Shown in pieces: positions 46,712 through 61,117 of a DNA stretch of 64,000 nucleotides (the first letter of the stretch is position 1; each line of letters starts with the position of its first letter). The translations under genes were made by a program, and so were the position numbers. This DNA is from Azolla caroliniana (lineage: Eukaryota > Plantae > Polypodiophyta). Under the pieces are notes generated by a model. The model was given only the letters and a program-made list of their open reading frames with translations, searched no databases and was not told the origin of the DNA. The stretch covers positions 14,136,001 to 14,200,000 of the forward strand of contig JBHGNT010000005.1 in assembly GCA_043228905.1 (NCBI GenBank). The letters run 5' to 3'.

Positions 46712-49700
46712 TGACGGGAACTCAACGCTCCTTATGCACAACGCTCGGCCATAATCGAGCTTAGAATCATACACAGAAAACGGGAAATAATGAACGACAC
46801 GAAGAGGAGACGAGTACACGGGATGATTACGTGGAAAACCCAAACTAAGGGGAAAAACCACGGCAGCCCACAGGCTGCAAATTATCACTATGTTAGAATG
46901 TACAACAGTGAGTTCACGGAGGCAACAACCTCGTGCTCACGATCTTTGCTACAAGCGGCGGTTACAACAGAGGCAACAACCTCTTTCTCTCTCTCTCTCT
47001 GTACACTGTTACGCGCTCTCTCTTCTTCTTGCACCAACAAGAATAACAACTACAATAATACTAAAAGTTGCCCTAAGTCATATTTATACTAATATGACTT
47101 TTCGTCTATTTAGAAATATAGCCTCGATGGACTCTCAGAAACATATTTACGAATATGTCTCTTCATCCGGTGAGCATTCCTCACCGGGTCTGCACCATCC
47201 GGCTCTCCGTAGCCGGGTACTCCTCATCCGGTTCTCACCGGGTCTGCACCATCCGGCTCTCCGTAGCCGGGTACTCCTCATCTGGTTCTCACCAGGTCTG
47301 CACCATCCGGCTCTCCGTAGCCGAGTACTTCTCATCCGGTTCTCACCGGGTCTGCACCATCCGGAGGGACCTATCTCCCGACAAACTCCCCCTTCACTCC
47401 GGCATGGGGTGTCTTACTAGTCCGATCCTCTTCCGGCATGCATCCAGCTTGTCGGGTATCAAAACTTTGGTTAGCATATCTGACCCGTTCTCGGCCGTGT
47501 GGATCTTTGTCAGCGCGAACTCTTGGTCATCTACTCTTTCCCGGATCCAGTGATACCTTCGCTGGATATGCTTCGTCTGGGAATGGTAGGCCGCATTCTT
47601 AGCAAGGTGGATGACACTTTGACTGTCGCAATAGAGTCGGTATTCATCTTGTCGGATACCGAGCTCTCCGATGAAGTCCTTCATCCATAATATTTCTTTG
47701 CCGGCTTCCACAACTGCCATGTACTCCGCCTCCATGGTTGACAATGCAACCGTCTTCTGCAACCTCGACTGCCACGAAACAACTCCCCCTGCATATCTCA
47801 TTACATACCCAGATGTAGACCGGCTGGTATCCACATCAGCCGACATGTCCGAATCGGTGAAACCGTCAATTTGAGGTTTTCCGGAGCCGAATCGGAGACA
47901 CATATTTGAAATGCCCTTCAAATACCAGAGTATCCATTTGATCGCGTTCCAGTGCTCCTTGCCGGTATTGCTCATAAACCGGCTCACCACTCCGGTCGGG
48001 TACACACCATTGCGTACATCAAGCTCCCGATGGCAGAGGCATATGGAATCTTCATCATATCCACCTTCTCTGCTTTCATCTTCGGGCTTTGCTTACCGGA
48101 TAGCCTGCAGTTTGCCGGAAGTGTCGATCCGACTGGTTTCGCATCTGACATGTTGAACCGGTGAAGCACCTTTGTCACGTACTTCTCCTGTGACAGCCAT
48201 AATTGATTCTTTGACCGATCCCGAATGATGTGCATCCCCAGCATCTGTCTTGCCGAACCCAAGTCATTCATTGAGAAGGTCCGGTTGAGAGCCTTCTTCA
48301 GCATCCGTATTTTGACTTGGTCCCGTCCGACAATCAACATGTCATCCAGGTACAGAAGAAGTATCAGGAAGTCGCCTCCTTCGAACTTCTTCACAAACAC
48401 GCAGTGATCGGCCTGCGTCTTGTGGTACCCTTGATCGGCCATGAAGGAGTCGAACTTCCGGTACCATTGCCGGGGGGCCTGCTTCAACCCATAGAGGCTC
48501 TTCTTCAACTGGCATACCAGGTGCTCCTTCCCTTTCTCGACAAATCCCTCCGGTTGCTGCATGTAGATCTCCTCTTCGAGGTCGCCGTGAAGGAATGTCG
48601 TCTTCATGTCCAGCTGTTCTACCTCGAGGTCCATGCTTGCCGCTATACTCAGCACCGTCCGGATGGAGGTCATCTATACTACCGGGGCAAATATCTTGTC
48701 AAAGTCCACGCCCTTTTTCTGCTGGAACCCCTTCACCACGATCCTGGCTTTGTATCTCGGGGGGTTGCCGGCATCTCCCGGTTTCAACTTGTACACCCAC
48801 TTGTTTCGGAGTGCCCGCTTTCCTTTCGGCAACTCCACCAATTCGTACGTATGGTTCTCATGCAAGGAATCCATCTCATCCTGCATGGCACTTAACCATT
48901 TGCGGTTGTGGTTGTCATCCTTTGCTTCTTCGAAGCTTTCTTGCTCCCCCTCATCGGTCAGTAGAACATGCTCTGCATTCGGAAATCTCCGGGGGGCCCT
49001 TCTCTCTCTGAGAGGATATCTTCGTCTTCTGGCTTCGGTAACCGGCTCCTCCACTTGCTCTTCATCCAAATCCGATTCGGGGTCTTGGCCGGTTCCGGTT
49101 TCAGCTTCCACCACTTCTTCTTCAGCTTGTTCGGTATCCTCACCGTAACCGGCTGGTCCCTCGAGTGCTAACCGGTCTCTTGCCGGTTGGGTCTGCTCAT
49201 CGTAGAGTCGATCCTTACCGGTCGACTCGGAGTTCATTATCTTCTTCTCCGACTCCCAGTCGGCGAGCGTCTTGTCCTCCATGAAGATAATATCTCGACT
49301 CCGGAATACCTTCTTGTCGACCAGGTCCCACAATCGGTAGCCGAACTCATCGTCACCGTAACCGAGGAATATGCATGGCTGGGTCTTTGGATCTAACTTT
49401 CCTCTCCGGTCTTTAGCTACATGCACGTACGCGAGACACCCGAAAACCTTCAGATGCTGGTAGGATACTTCCTTACCAGTCTAGACCCTCTGTGGCATGT
49501 CTCCGTCCAAGGGTACTGAGGGTGATCTATTTATCACATATGTCGCCGTCGACAATGCCTCAGCCCAAAACTTCTTGGGTAGTTTTGCATGCGCTAGCAT
49601 ACTCCGGACCCTCTCCATTATGGTCCGGTTCATCCTCTCGGCCAGTCCGTTTAGTTCCGGCGTCTTCGGCATGGTAAATTCGAGCCGGATTCCCTTCGAG

Positions 49701-52050
49701 CGGTAGTACTCCTCAAACTGCCCCTGGTATTCTCCTCCGTTACCTGCTCGAACTGCCTTCAGCTTTCGACCGGTTTCTCTTTCCACTCTCGCGTGGAGCT
49801 CTTTGAAGACGGATAGAGCCTGATCCTTCGTCTTCAACGGTCGTTACCGGCTGTGGTCATCTATGAACGTCACGAAGTACAGTGCTCCGGCATGTGACTT
49901 CGTGTCTACTTGACACACATCCGTATGCACCAACTCCAGTGGTGCATTACGTTTCATCGGTGGCCTTGGTCGGAAGGAGGTCCAGTTTTGCTTACCGGCC
50001 AGACAATCAGTGCACTTCTCCAACTTCACTGGACTGAGGTTGTCGTCTGCAAGCCTCTTCATCCCCTTCTCGCTCATATGACACAGTCTCTTTGCCACAG
50101 CTCACCGGCAGTGTCGGATGCCAGGTTCACTTATTCCGGACATAACCGGGCATTCATCAGGTACAATGTGTTGACCTTCCAGGCCCGAGCCACAATCAGG
50201 CTCCCTTTGCTGAACTTCATGACACCGTTCCGGATGCTACCCGTGTAACCTTCATCATCTAGTCGACCGATTGATATCAGGTTCAGGCGAACCTCCGGAA
50301 CGTGTCGAACATCCTTCAACAACAACTTGCATCTGGTTGGTGTTGACAGCCACACGTCTCCTATGCCGACAATTCGGCATGTACCTTCATTCCCCATCCG
50401 GACACAACCGTGATCACCGACTGAGTAGGATGAGAAGCATTTCCGGTCCGGGGTAAGGTGGAACGATGCTTTGGAGTCTACCACCCAGGTCATCTCGTCG
50501 CCGGCAAAGGTTTATCTCACTCTCCTCGGTGATGAGCATCAACTCTTCTTCACTTGCCGCGATTGCCATCGTTCCCTTCCGGTCCGTTCCCCTCCGGTGT
50601 TTACCGTTCCGGTCCGGGGTCCGCTTTGAATCGGTACCATCGGTTTCCTTGTCTTTACGGAAATGCCGACAATTCTTTTGGAAGTGTCCCGGCTTTCCGC
50701 AATAGAAGCAAGTAGGCCTCCCCCTTGACTTTGACTGTGTCCCCGACTTCTCCCAGTTCTAGGGACTACGATTTCTGTCTTCCGCGTTCCGATTAGGTAA
50801 GGAGCGCTTTGGAGTCAGAGCTCGTATCTTTATCTTTCCGACGCGCCTCCTCATCTAGCAAGCTCGACTTTACTCTTGCTAGGGATAACCGCTTTCCTTC
50901 CGGCCCAGCGTTGTCCAAAGTGACAACCAACGTCTCCCAGCTATCCGGGATGGAACCGAGCAGGAGTAGCGCTAGTACCTCGTCGGCGAGAGGTACTTCC
51001 AATGATGTTGCCTGGTGGATCAGCCCCTGGAAGGCATTCATGTGCTCCGCCATGCTAGAGCCATCTTGGTACCGGAGTCTTAGTAGCTTCCGGAATACCG
51101 AAACCTGATTAACAACATTTTTGTTTTGAAACATTATGCCAATCTTGTCCCAGAGCTCATGAGCCTTGCTCTCTTCATTGAAGTTGTTGTACAGGCTCAT
51201 GTCGATGAAGCACCGTATGTACGCCGTTCTCTTCATGTGCATCACCTCCCATATCGCGGCGTCCATTTTGTCCGGTCTCTTGTCCCCGAACTGAACCGGC
51301 AGCCAGAGGTCTTTAACCATGAGCATGTCCCTCATCTTCGACTTCCACACTGAATAGTAGGAGCCGGTGAGCTTGAACATGTTGCCAAACGATTCGTCCA
51401 TTTTCTGTGTCGTTTCGCTCTGATACCACTTGATGGGAACTCAACGCTCCTTATGCACAACGCTCGGCCACAACCGAGCTTAGAATCATACACAGAAAAT
51501 GGGAAATAATGAACGACACGAAGAGGAGACGAGTACGCAGAATGTTTACGTGGAAAACCCAAACTAAGGGGAAAAACCACGGTAGCCCACAGGCTGCAAA
51601 CTATCACTATGTTAGAATGTACAACAGTGAGTTCACGGAGGCAACAACCTCGTGCTCACGATCTTTGCCATAGACGGCGGTTACAATAGAGGCAACGACC
51701 TCTTTCTCTCTCTCTCTCTCTGTACACTGTTACGCGCTCTCTCTTCTTCTTGCACCAACAAGAATAACAACTACAATAATACTAAAAGTTGCCCTAAGTC
51801 ATATTTATACTAATATGACTTTTCGGCTATTTAGAAATATAGCCTCGATGGACTCTCAGAAACATATTTACGAATATGTCTCTTCATCCGGTGAGCATTC
51901 CTCACCGGGTCTGCACCATCCGGCTCTCCGTAGCCGGGTACTCCTCATCGGGTTCTCACCGGGTTTGCACCATCTGGCTCTCCGTAGCCGGGTACTCCTC
52001 ATCCGGTTCTCACCGGGTCTGCATCATTCAGAGGGACCTGTCTCCCAACA
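46712..52050 (-). mobile_element. Full-length Ty1/copia (Tnt1/Tork-like) element with both LTRs (46712-47383 and 51431-52050); TSD CTACG/CTACA; frameshifted
   Basis: PBS TGGTATCAGAGC (51417-51428); PPT AAGGGGGAG; gag, WVVDSKASFH, LELVHTDVC, NGLAERMNRT, SLYGLKQAPRQW, YLDDML, TKHIQRRYHWIRE. Confidence 0.96.
47165..47365 (+). repeat. ~51-bp tandem repeats in the copia LTR; one more unit than in the partner LTR
   Basis: CCGGGTCTGCACCATCCGGCTCTCCGTAGCCGGGTACTCCTCATCCGGTTCTCA units; also at ~51890-52030 and ~54010-54155. Confidence 0.9.
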
Positions 52051-53564
52051 CTACAGAGGAAAGGGCGACACAATCCAAGGGTATAACACCATTATACGCG
52101 GGAGATATAAATATGTTGGTTGGGGTGGATGTTGCAGAATTAGAGGCATACCTAGACGAGCACCCTCAGATTATTCCGCTGTTCGAAATTGACATCATCG
52201 CAACCGCGGCAAAATATGCCACGACCACTACTCTCCATGACGAGACTTACGAACCAAACCCGGAGTCAATTGTGGAACTAAGCAGAGCACGCACAACATT
52301 CGAGAGGGAAATGGAAATTTCACGACGAGTAACCGCCTCTGCCCTGGAAGAAGTAAACATGGGTACGACGTCAGAACCCCGTTTTCTCTCCATCGCAAAA
52401 GAATTAAGGGCGAACTAGAGAGATGCGATGATGGAAATACTCAAGAAATATAAAGATGCGTTCGCTTGGGCTCATGAGGACATGAAGGGGTTAGATCCAA
52501 AGTTCTATCAACATAGGATCAATTTAGCGACCGACGCAAAACCGGTACAGTAGCGCCGCTACCGCATGAACTCGAACTACGCGACCCGCGTAAATGAAGA
52601 AATTGACAAACTCCTAAAGGAGGGATTTATATGTCCAGTTAAACAAGCCACATGGTTATGTCTGATAGTAGTCGTTCCAAAGAAAAACGGAAAAATACGG
52701 GTATGCGTCGATTACCGAAAATTAAACGCCGTAACCATTATAGACGCATTCCTGTTACCATTCACCGATAGCGTACTGGACACCGTCGCAGGACATGACA
52801 TGTACAATTTTTTAGATGGTTTCAGTGGCTATAACCAGGTACACATGCATCCCGATGACCAAGAGAAGACGACATTTGTCACGGACTGGGGAGTCTATGT
52901 GGCAGTCGTCATGATGTTCGGGCTAAAAACGGCACCAGCAACATTTCAACAGACAATCACAAAGATCTTTGGGGAATATATTCTGGCGTTCATGGAAGTT
53001 TTTTTAGATGATTTTGTGGTACATGCCCATTTTACGCATCTGCCAGGAAAAAAACCGACCATTTTACGCATCTGCAACTGTGCTTGGAACGTTGCCGCAC
53101 CGCACGCTTAAGCTCGAATCCCGCGAAATGTGCCTTCGGCGTGACCAGCGGGACTCTCCTAGGCCATATAGTCAACAAGGAGGGAATAACGGTCGATCCG
53201 GACAAGATCTCCGCGATTACTCAAGCCAAAACTCAGACAAACGCGAAATCATTCAGCCGGTTTTTAGGCCAAATACGATGGCATAGTCGAATGATACGAT
53301 ATTTGGTGGACTTCGCCACGCCATTACATGCCACCGTGCATCGGAATCCCTTCCAATGGACTGCAACGGAGGACAAGACTTATGAGGCGCTCAAGATAAT
53401 GCTCACACAGGCACCCATTGTACAGCCACCAGTTTGGGCGAAGCCATTCCACATGTTCGTAGATGCCTCAAACATAGCAATAGGAAGTGTGCTAATGCAG
53501 CTCACCGAACCGAATTGGTACCGGTTTAGGAAGCGACCTTTCCGGACCGGTGGCTTATGGAAAT

Positions 53565-54229
53565 TGACGGGAATTGGTCGTTCCTTATGCACAACTCTGG
53601 GCCACAACCGAGCTTAGAATGATACACAGAAAAACGGGAAATAGAACACGACACAAAGAAGAGGAAGATACACAGGAGGTTTACGTGGAAAACCCCAAAC
53701 TAGGGGAAAAACCACGGCAGCCCACAGGCTGCAAACTGTCACTATGTAAGAATGTACAAAACAGTGAGTTCACGGAGGCAACGACCTCGGACTCACGATC
53801 TTCGCCACAGGCGGCGGTTACAACAGAGGCAGCGACCTCTTTCTCTCTCTCTCTCTGTACAATGTTACGTACACTGTCTATTCTTGCACCAACAAGAATG
53901 ACTCCAATTAAAAGTTTGCCCTAAGTCATATTTATACTAATATGACTTTTCGGCTATTTACAAATGTAGCCTCGATGGGCTCTCAGAAACATATTTACGA
54001 ATATGTCTCTTCATCCGGTTCTCCGTAGCCGGGTACTCCTCATCCGGTCTTCACCGGGTCTGCATCATCCGGCTCTCCGTAGCCGGGTACTCCTCATCCG
54101 GTTCATACCGGGTCTGCACCATCCGGCCCTCCGTAGCCGGGTACTCCTCATCTGGTCTCGGCCTCGGCCGAGTTTGTTCATAGGCACTGTTCTTCTCCCT
54201 TCCCATCCGGAGGGACCTGTCTCCCAACA
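53565..54229 (-). mobile_element. Solo LTR of a sister subfamily of the 46712 copia, with TSD GAAAT
   Basis: TGACGGGAA...CTCCCAACA, with GAAAT on both flanks; same internal repeats. Confidence 0.92.
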
Positions 54230-55619
54230 GAAATGACATACTTTTTTACTACGGGCCTGCCTCCACCACAATTACGTACGGACGAGAAGAAACGATTAGT
54301 CGTTCGGAGCCGTAACTTTTGCCTGGTAGAAGGAATTTGGCGACGTGGTGTACGTTAGGATGAGAAAGAACCAGTCTTACGGGAGGCTCACTGCGGCACG
54401 GCAGGCGGCCATTACGCGGATTATGTTACAACTCGGAAAATATGGCAAGCAGGCCTATGGTGGCCGACTACACAGAAGGATGCATACGAGTATTGCACGA
54501 AGTGCGATTTGTGTCAATGGATGGGCTAGCCCATGGAGGGCACAAGGATGCCTCACCAGCCCGTATTACCCTTAGATCCCTTCCAAAAGTGGGGATTGGA
54601 TTTTGTGGGGCCCTTCACACCGGCGGCGGCCCGTATGGGCAATAAATACATATTGGTAGCCACGGATTACTACACCAAGTGGGCAGAAGCAAAGGCACTA
54701 CAAGAGAATACGGGCGGCCATCACAACGAGATTCCTTTACGAACACATCTGGTGTCAGTTCGGCTGTCCGATTGAGCTTATCAGTGACCAGGGGAGTCAC
54801 ATTCTCAATACGGTCATTCGAGAACTAACACATCATTACGCCGTAGTCCACAAGAAAAGTATGTCATATTATCCATAGGCGAATGGGTTAGCGGAATCCA
54901 CCAACAAGACGTTGCAGACCATCTTAAAGAAAATCGTCAATGAAAATAGAACGGATTGGGATACCAAATTACAGAGTGCGTTATGGGTGTACAGAACTAG
55001 CTACAAAACAAGCATACAGTCAACACCGTTTCGACTAGCGTTTGGGCTAGAGGTCGTGATGCCGGTAGAGTTTTAGATACCCAGTTTATGGATTCAGGTA
55101 TGGGACCGACTATCGAAACCCAAGTCGGAGGAGGTACGGCTCCACCAGCTACTCGAACTCGGCGAAAAACGTGTACATAGCATGGCGGTGTTGGAGCAGG
55201 AACAACGACGGTGTAAAGCGTTTGTGGATCAACATCGGAACGCACGGGAAAAGGATTTCGCGGTCGGTCAAGCGGTACTGGTTTTCCAAACCTGCATGGG
55301 ACATATGCCAGGGAAGTTATGATTCCACTGGAGAGGCCCGTACTGGATAATAGACGCGGAACAAGACACGTTCCAACTAGGCACGCTGGCCGGGGAAGTC
55401 TTACGACGAAAGGTGAATGGGTTCCGCCTTAAACATTACCTAGGCCCTACACCACCTAACCCATTCACCACTGGATAGGACAAAGCCGAAGAACCCGCGG
55501 CGTAAGTAGACGGCCCCACTTCTACACAAAAAAAAAAGAAAAAGGAAAGAAAAAAAGAAAGAGAAGATAGCGATGCTATTTGAGAACTTGTCGGACCGAC
55601 CTGTGAATAAAATCAAACT

Positions 55620-58600
55620 CCGATTTCAGGGCTCTCTAGTGGAGACCCAGAAACAAATAGTTCCTCAAAACATGAAGAGAGGAAAAATGCTTCTCTTCAA
55701 CGAGGAGACAAAATCTCAACCATCCGACGAAGTTAGCCAAAAGAAAATGTTAGCAGTTACTGGTGGTGAGGGCCTTCCCGACCGTGATCTAACGGAAAAG
55801 GAATGGTGTATGCAGTACAAGAAAAAATTCGTGCTTTATACAACAAAGAAAAAGGGCGATGGTCAGCTGGAAAAGGACATCGCATTTATGTATGGCTGTA
55901 GTCTATGATTTGACTACGAAGATTTAGATTTAGCCAACATTCTTGTAATGATAGAATGCTCGAAGGGGGTACGTAAATTGTACCTTTCTAAAGATCGACT
56001 AGTCAAAGAATCTTGTGGGCCAGAATCTTTTAGAAAAGATCTACAAAGTTCACAAAATCTTTTTGTCACCTAGAGGCCATATATACAAGGCCATATAACT
56101 CTAAGGGAGCCCTCTCCCTCCCTGGTGAAGGCCCCATAAAAGGCATCTAAAGTGCAATCGAGACCAACAAAAAACAAGACCACTAAAATGTCGAACTCTA
56201 ACTCATCAAGCTCAACCGAAGATGAGGACACTAGGTGGACGCCAGGTGCTAAGCTAGCATCTGGTGTGTTGTCATCCGAGCAGAATAAGATTCAGAGAGA
56301 GTTAATGTAGCGCAAACTGGTGAGAAAAGAGCAAGTGTTTAATTTTCCTATAACACACATCCATCGGCCCCCAGTAGATGTGAAAATAGGACGAAGACCA
56401 CTTGAGATCAGAGAGCCACCCTGAATGCATGTTCAGAATCTCAAGAAAAAAATGAAAATAAATCCACATGTTACACTTGTGCCTTTCATTGTGATGGTAG
56501 ATCTCGAAGAATGTTCCACAACTGAGGACTTCAACGTGAGAAAGCATGATCAATACAATTACTTTGTAACTAGTGGATCACATTTGGCTAAAACACACTG
56601 ACAACTTGTTAGAGAGCACCCAACGACTTTCTTCTTCAAGTATGTTGAGTGCAAAATATATGTGGGCCTCACAACTGAAGAGGCAAAGCTTTTGGCATGG
56701 AACCACAACAATGACAATGACAATGACTATAGGCAAAAAATGTCATCTATTGAACGGATAAGGTTCTTCCACCATGAATACCTGGACATCACACAAAATT
56801 TTGGTATGAAGCTACACCCCGGCCTACGATGTCAATGCGTTCATGAGGTCGGCATTGTGGTGGATGATAATGTTAAGTCGGATGGTCTTCGGAAATATGA
56901 GTCCTGGTTTCAACTTGCCTTTAGAGATGGAGAAGTATGGGACCTACAAGATCAAGTCTTCTCAATGTGGGAGAATAAGGAGGTCAAGGGTCAACGAGAA
57001 AAGAAATGTAAGGTATACCCTCAACTAGAATTAAAGTCACAAGCAGCCAAGAAAATTGATTTGACAATTGAAGAAGCGGCTAACGACATGAAGCTATCTC
57101 TATGGAGAGCGATGCAAGGTATTAAGGAGGAGTAGCTTCTTGTGTCTATTTTGTCAAGCGAAGAAATGGTCACTGAGTTCAATAAGTAAGTCTTTCAAAT
57201 AGTGATATTGAATTCAATATGGTGCAATCGAAAGTTTTAATTTCATTTTCTAATTTCACATTCATAAGGTGTGCATGAAGATCCAAGAAGTTATGATAAA
57301 ACAACTTGGATGTATAATGTGGGAACAAGTGACTGAGGAATATCCTCTAACGTTTTCATATAAGGCGTTATCCGAGTATTTTATTACATTCAAGGATTGG
57401 GTTAGTATTGGTGTTTTTCATAAAGTTTTCCTCTTATGTAGAGGTTGTGTAATAATACTTGATGTCTTATTGCTTCTATTAGAAATCGTGTCGTGGCAAG
57501 AAACTAGGAGAAGTTCAAGATATACACGATTTCCCGACATCCTTCCTTGCACATCTCGAGAGAGCCAGGAAAGAAAAGGATCATCGCTTAGTCAAGGCGT
57601 ATGAAATTGAGGAAGATAGCTCCTTCAAAAAATTTAGCCACAAGGACATTATTAGAGATCTTTACTACAACGTGATTTGCGGAGATGTCGTTGACATTAT
57701 TCAAAAAGTGTCAAAGAAGGAATATACGCTATTGATTGCTGATATTCCATACGGATTTTGAATGGCATGGTCATCATAAAACGATGAACCTTTTAGGTTC
57801 AAACAATTTGAGAAGATGGTCAAGGATTTTGCTGAGCTAACGACTGCATCCTTGTGGAGGATAGTTATCTTTCATAGTATGGACCAAGGGTACTCGGTAG
57901 CTCAAGCTTTGAGATCTCGTTGCCATTACATCGAGAACCTTGCATGGTAAGGATTATTTATAAGTCTCATTCACTATATTCCCTTTCTTAATATTGTTGA
58001 GTCTATTCTTAACTCGATGCAATATTTGTTATTGGATAAAAACCAATGTCAATAGAGGGCCAACCTTTCGGTTCATAAATGCCATTGAATACATTACAAT
58101 TGGCTACTTCGATGAAATAAAGAAACAAAGAGTCAAGGAGCATTCTAATGAAGTCGGAGGTTCAAATTTGCTCGTATATCTAGTAGTGACACGGAAATTG
58201 TGATATTTCACCACGACAGAACGGGGACTTGTCAACCCATACCAAAAACCTCAACGACTTATGATGCGCTTGATCGAGATGTTTACTGTAGAAGGAGATT
58301 AGATATTAGACCTCTTTTTTGGCACAGGTATTCCTCGAAGTAGGTTTACGTTCTTGAGATAACCAATACTGATTCTTTTTTGTTTGAAAATTAATTCTTC
58401 TTGTTGCTTTCTTGACAGGGACGTCTGCATGTGCATTGAAGCTCTTCAGAAAGACAGTTCCATTGGGGAAGGATGAGGATCAGGTTATATTCTTAACGAT
58501 GAGGATTAAGGCTTTGTGGGAGTGCCCAGACTAGGACGAGGAGGTCGGTGCAAAGCACGTCGCTGATACTGAAAGGTTTCAACCTGCTTCACGAAGAGCC

Positions 58601-58772
58601 TATTCCTTCATTAGCCTGGGAACCGGGGGAGCTAATTGAGGTTGATGAGGAGCTTATAGAAGATCTTACGGTGGCTTGGCTAACAGGGGAAGACAATGCA
58701 CGTATAGCCGAAGAGACTTCTATAAGAGATGAAGAAGAAAATGACATTGACGATTTGATTGCTATGTACTAG
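55620..58772 (+). pseudogene. ParB-like plus beta-class amino-methyltransferase gene, copy 2 (degenerate, spliced)
   Basis: VICGDVVDIIQKVSKKEYTLLIADIPY (DIPY at 57741-57752); VNPYQKPQRLMMRLIEMFTVEGD*ILDLFFGTG. Intron donors at 57186, ~57400, 57947 and ~58328 match the positions in copy 1. Confidence 0.85.
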
Positions 58773-59947
58773 ACTCTTTTGTTGACGAAATGTATTGTTT
58801 TGAATTCACATTACTAATACAAATTTTGGGTTCTACTTGGTGTATTCCATTATTTATATTCTTCTATATGTTTCAATTTTATTTCTATATACTTGGTTTG
58901 TTGAATTATGACATTGGTTTCACCGCGTGGATTGTTGACTACCAATATGGAGAAACATGGATTAGTTTACATTAAGGCTAATTTGGGTCAAACTTTATCT
59001 TAACATAACATGCTCGTAGAATTGTTGCCATGACTCTCCATGTTGTTATTTGCGATCAATTGTCGATATTGTCATTCCGTGTCTAATATATACCAGTCCA
59101 TACATTATGGATCTTTGTCTTCTATTGCTAAAACTATTATGTTTCTCTTCCATTGCTGCTTAGATTGTGTAGTGTGTTGATAATGGTCGATGTCACGTTG
59201 TCCCATTAGTTGCATGACCTTGGACCACACCTCTCAGCAATATCCGCATGTTTTTATACGCTTGTAGTTCCATTAGCATTATCGTTTAGGCTTTGATCCC
59301 GTGTGAATCACCTAAGCAAGAGATTAGATCAATTTTAAATACAAGTATTGAAAGCCTTAATAGGTTTGTTATTTCCATCACATTATCCTAAAGTTCATTG
59401 TCTTACATTGTCCACAATTATATACATATGGTTTGATCCCATGCGAACAAACTAAGGAATAGATTAGATCAACTTTAAATACAAGTATTAAATACCTTAA
59501 TAAGTTTGTTATTCCAATCACATTATCCTAAAGTTCACTATCCTACATTGTCCACAATTAAATACATACAAGTATGAGTCAAAGTATAAATTATAACTCA
59601 TCTTATTAGTATGGTTATAAGTATACCTCATATTATTGTAAAACTTACCAAAATAATATAAGTCTTTAACTGAGTGTTTGCCATCTCGCACATTAGTGAG
59701 ATATTGAGCCATTGTTGAACTTTATTATGTCTACATTAACTTATCAACACATCAAAACTTATTTGAATTTCTAATTTTCTCCACTCGGAGACCTATCATG
59801 TATTTTTATATTTGCAAATTCTAATCAAGTTGTGGAACATGTGATACTAGTGCATCCAATTTTTGTAGAGAGGGTATATTAGGATATTTTCAAGAAGATT
59901 CTACAAGTGGGAGGTGCAATCCTTCCACTTGTGAACGCGAACGTGTT
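55620..59947 (+). mobile_element. Second, diverged, 5'-truncated copy of the ParB-MTase TIR element (inverted relative to copy 1)
   Basis: Collinear with the reverse complement of 30281-34510, and ends in the same TIR ...ATCCTTCCACTTGTGAACGCGAACGTGTT at 59947. Confidence 0.88.
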
Positions 59948-61105
59948 CACTTTGTCCCCCATGCCCACGGGGCCGATCCGCCTCCATGTACTGCATCTGG
60001 TTGTTCGATTGAGTGGTCCTTGACCCATCGCGTGGTTTTCTTCGACCATCAGCATCGATTGCAGGTCGAAGAAGGACGACGGTTTCTCCCGGGTGAGGAT
60101 AGCGGTTCGGATTGGCCCGTACCTTTGAGCCAGACCACCGAGGCAGATTTGTACCATTTAGTCCTCATCTATCATGATGTTAATGAACCCTAATGCGTCG
60201 CAAATCTCCTTTATCTTCGCGGTGTAGTCTGAAACTGACATTTTCTTTTGTCGGATATTATTTAGTTCTTGCTGACGTAGACTAAGGTACTGTGGACTAA
60301 GGTACTTGCGGAGAAAATCTTTTTCACGTTTTCCCAAGCCTGTTTCGGTGTCTTAGCATCTCTAATATAGTCGATTATCTCGTCGTGCACAGAGGATGCA
60401 AGGCAGTACAGAACTCTGCTTGCTCCTTGTTCCCATGACGTGAACTCCTTTTGTGACGACTCCGACACTATTTCATTCACAACCTCAATATAACTCCAGT
60501 ATCCATGTCTGAGCAAATACTGGTGCATCTTGTATGACTAGGATGCATAGTTGTGTCTGTCAAGCTTCTTTGTTGGAAGCAAGCTTGCCATACCTCTATC
60601 CATATCTTTCTTTTGTCTATTCTTTACCGGGTGTTAGGGGTTGTCTTCGGAAATCGCTCATCGGCTACAGAGGTTCTCAACCCTCGCGTTCTGATACCAA
60701 ATGTTAATATGCAGAAGCTTTCATAAACTAGTTCAACCAGATAGCAATAGAGAGAGTACAGGTTTAATGGAAACCTTACAAGACAGAGATGGAGAGTGGG
60801 AGAGACAGATAGAGCAGAATAGCATAAACTATATTCAAAATAACAACACATTGTACATAGAATGTGCTCAGAGAGCACTTTTATACAAGTCCTTATACGG
60901 ACTAACAGAAGTACTGACATGTACTTCAATATTCATACGAGCAACTGGCACTAACTACGAGGACCATGACTACCTAGTAGTCTAGAAGCGTAGACCTCTA
61001 CATGGCCTACCGGTACACACGTGGGTCCGACTCCCCGATCCTGATCCGGCTCATGGTTCCAGATACTATCCGGACACCGATCCGGTTGAGCTTGCTCGTT
61101 CAACA
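59948..61105 (-). mobile_element. 5' end of a Ty1/copia element (LTR 60702-61105, PBS, gag) cut by the TIR element
   Basis: PBS TGGTATCAGAAC (minus, 60688-60699); gag HQYLLRHGYWSYI...MVQICLGGLAQRYGP; the LTR is of the 15678 family. Confidence 0.88.
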
Positions 61106-61117
61106 TTGTATGACCAG

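Larger units (their letters stand above)
42951..55530 (+). mobile_element. Degenerate non-chromovirus Ty3/gypsy element (LTR ~42951-43630, gag with zinc knuckles, protease, RT, partial RNase H, integrase) hosting three nested insertions
   Basis: Knuckles xTICLNSGHSAMEC, CSICHSKAH and CFFCQQPEHYATQC; protease IDGGSGVNV; RT VVVPKKNGKIRVCVDYRKLN, LDGFSGYNQ and FLDDF; integrase [12 protein letters not shown] and SDQGSHF. Confidence 0.9.
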
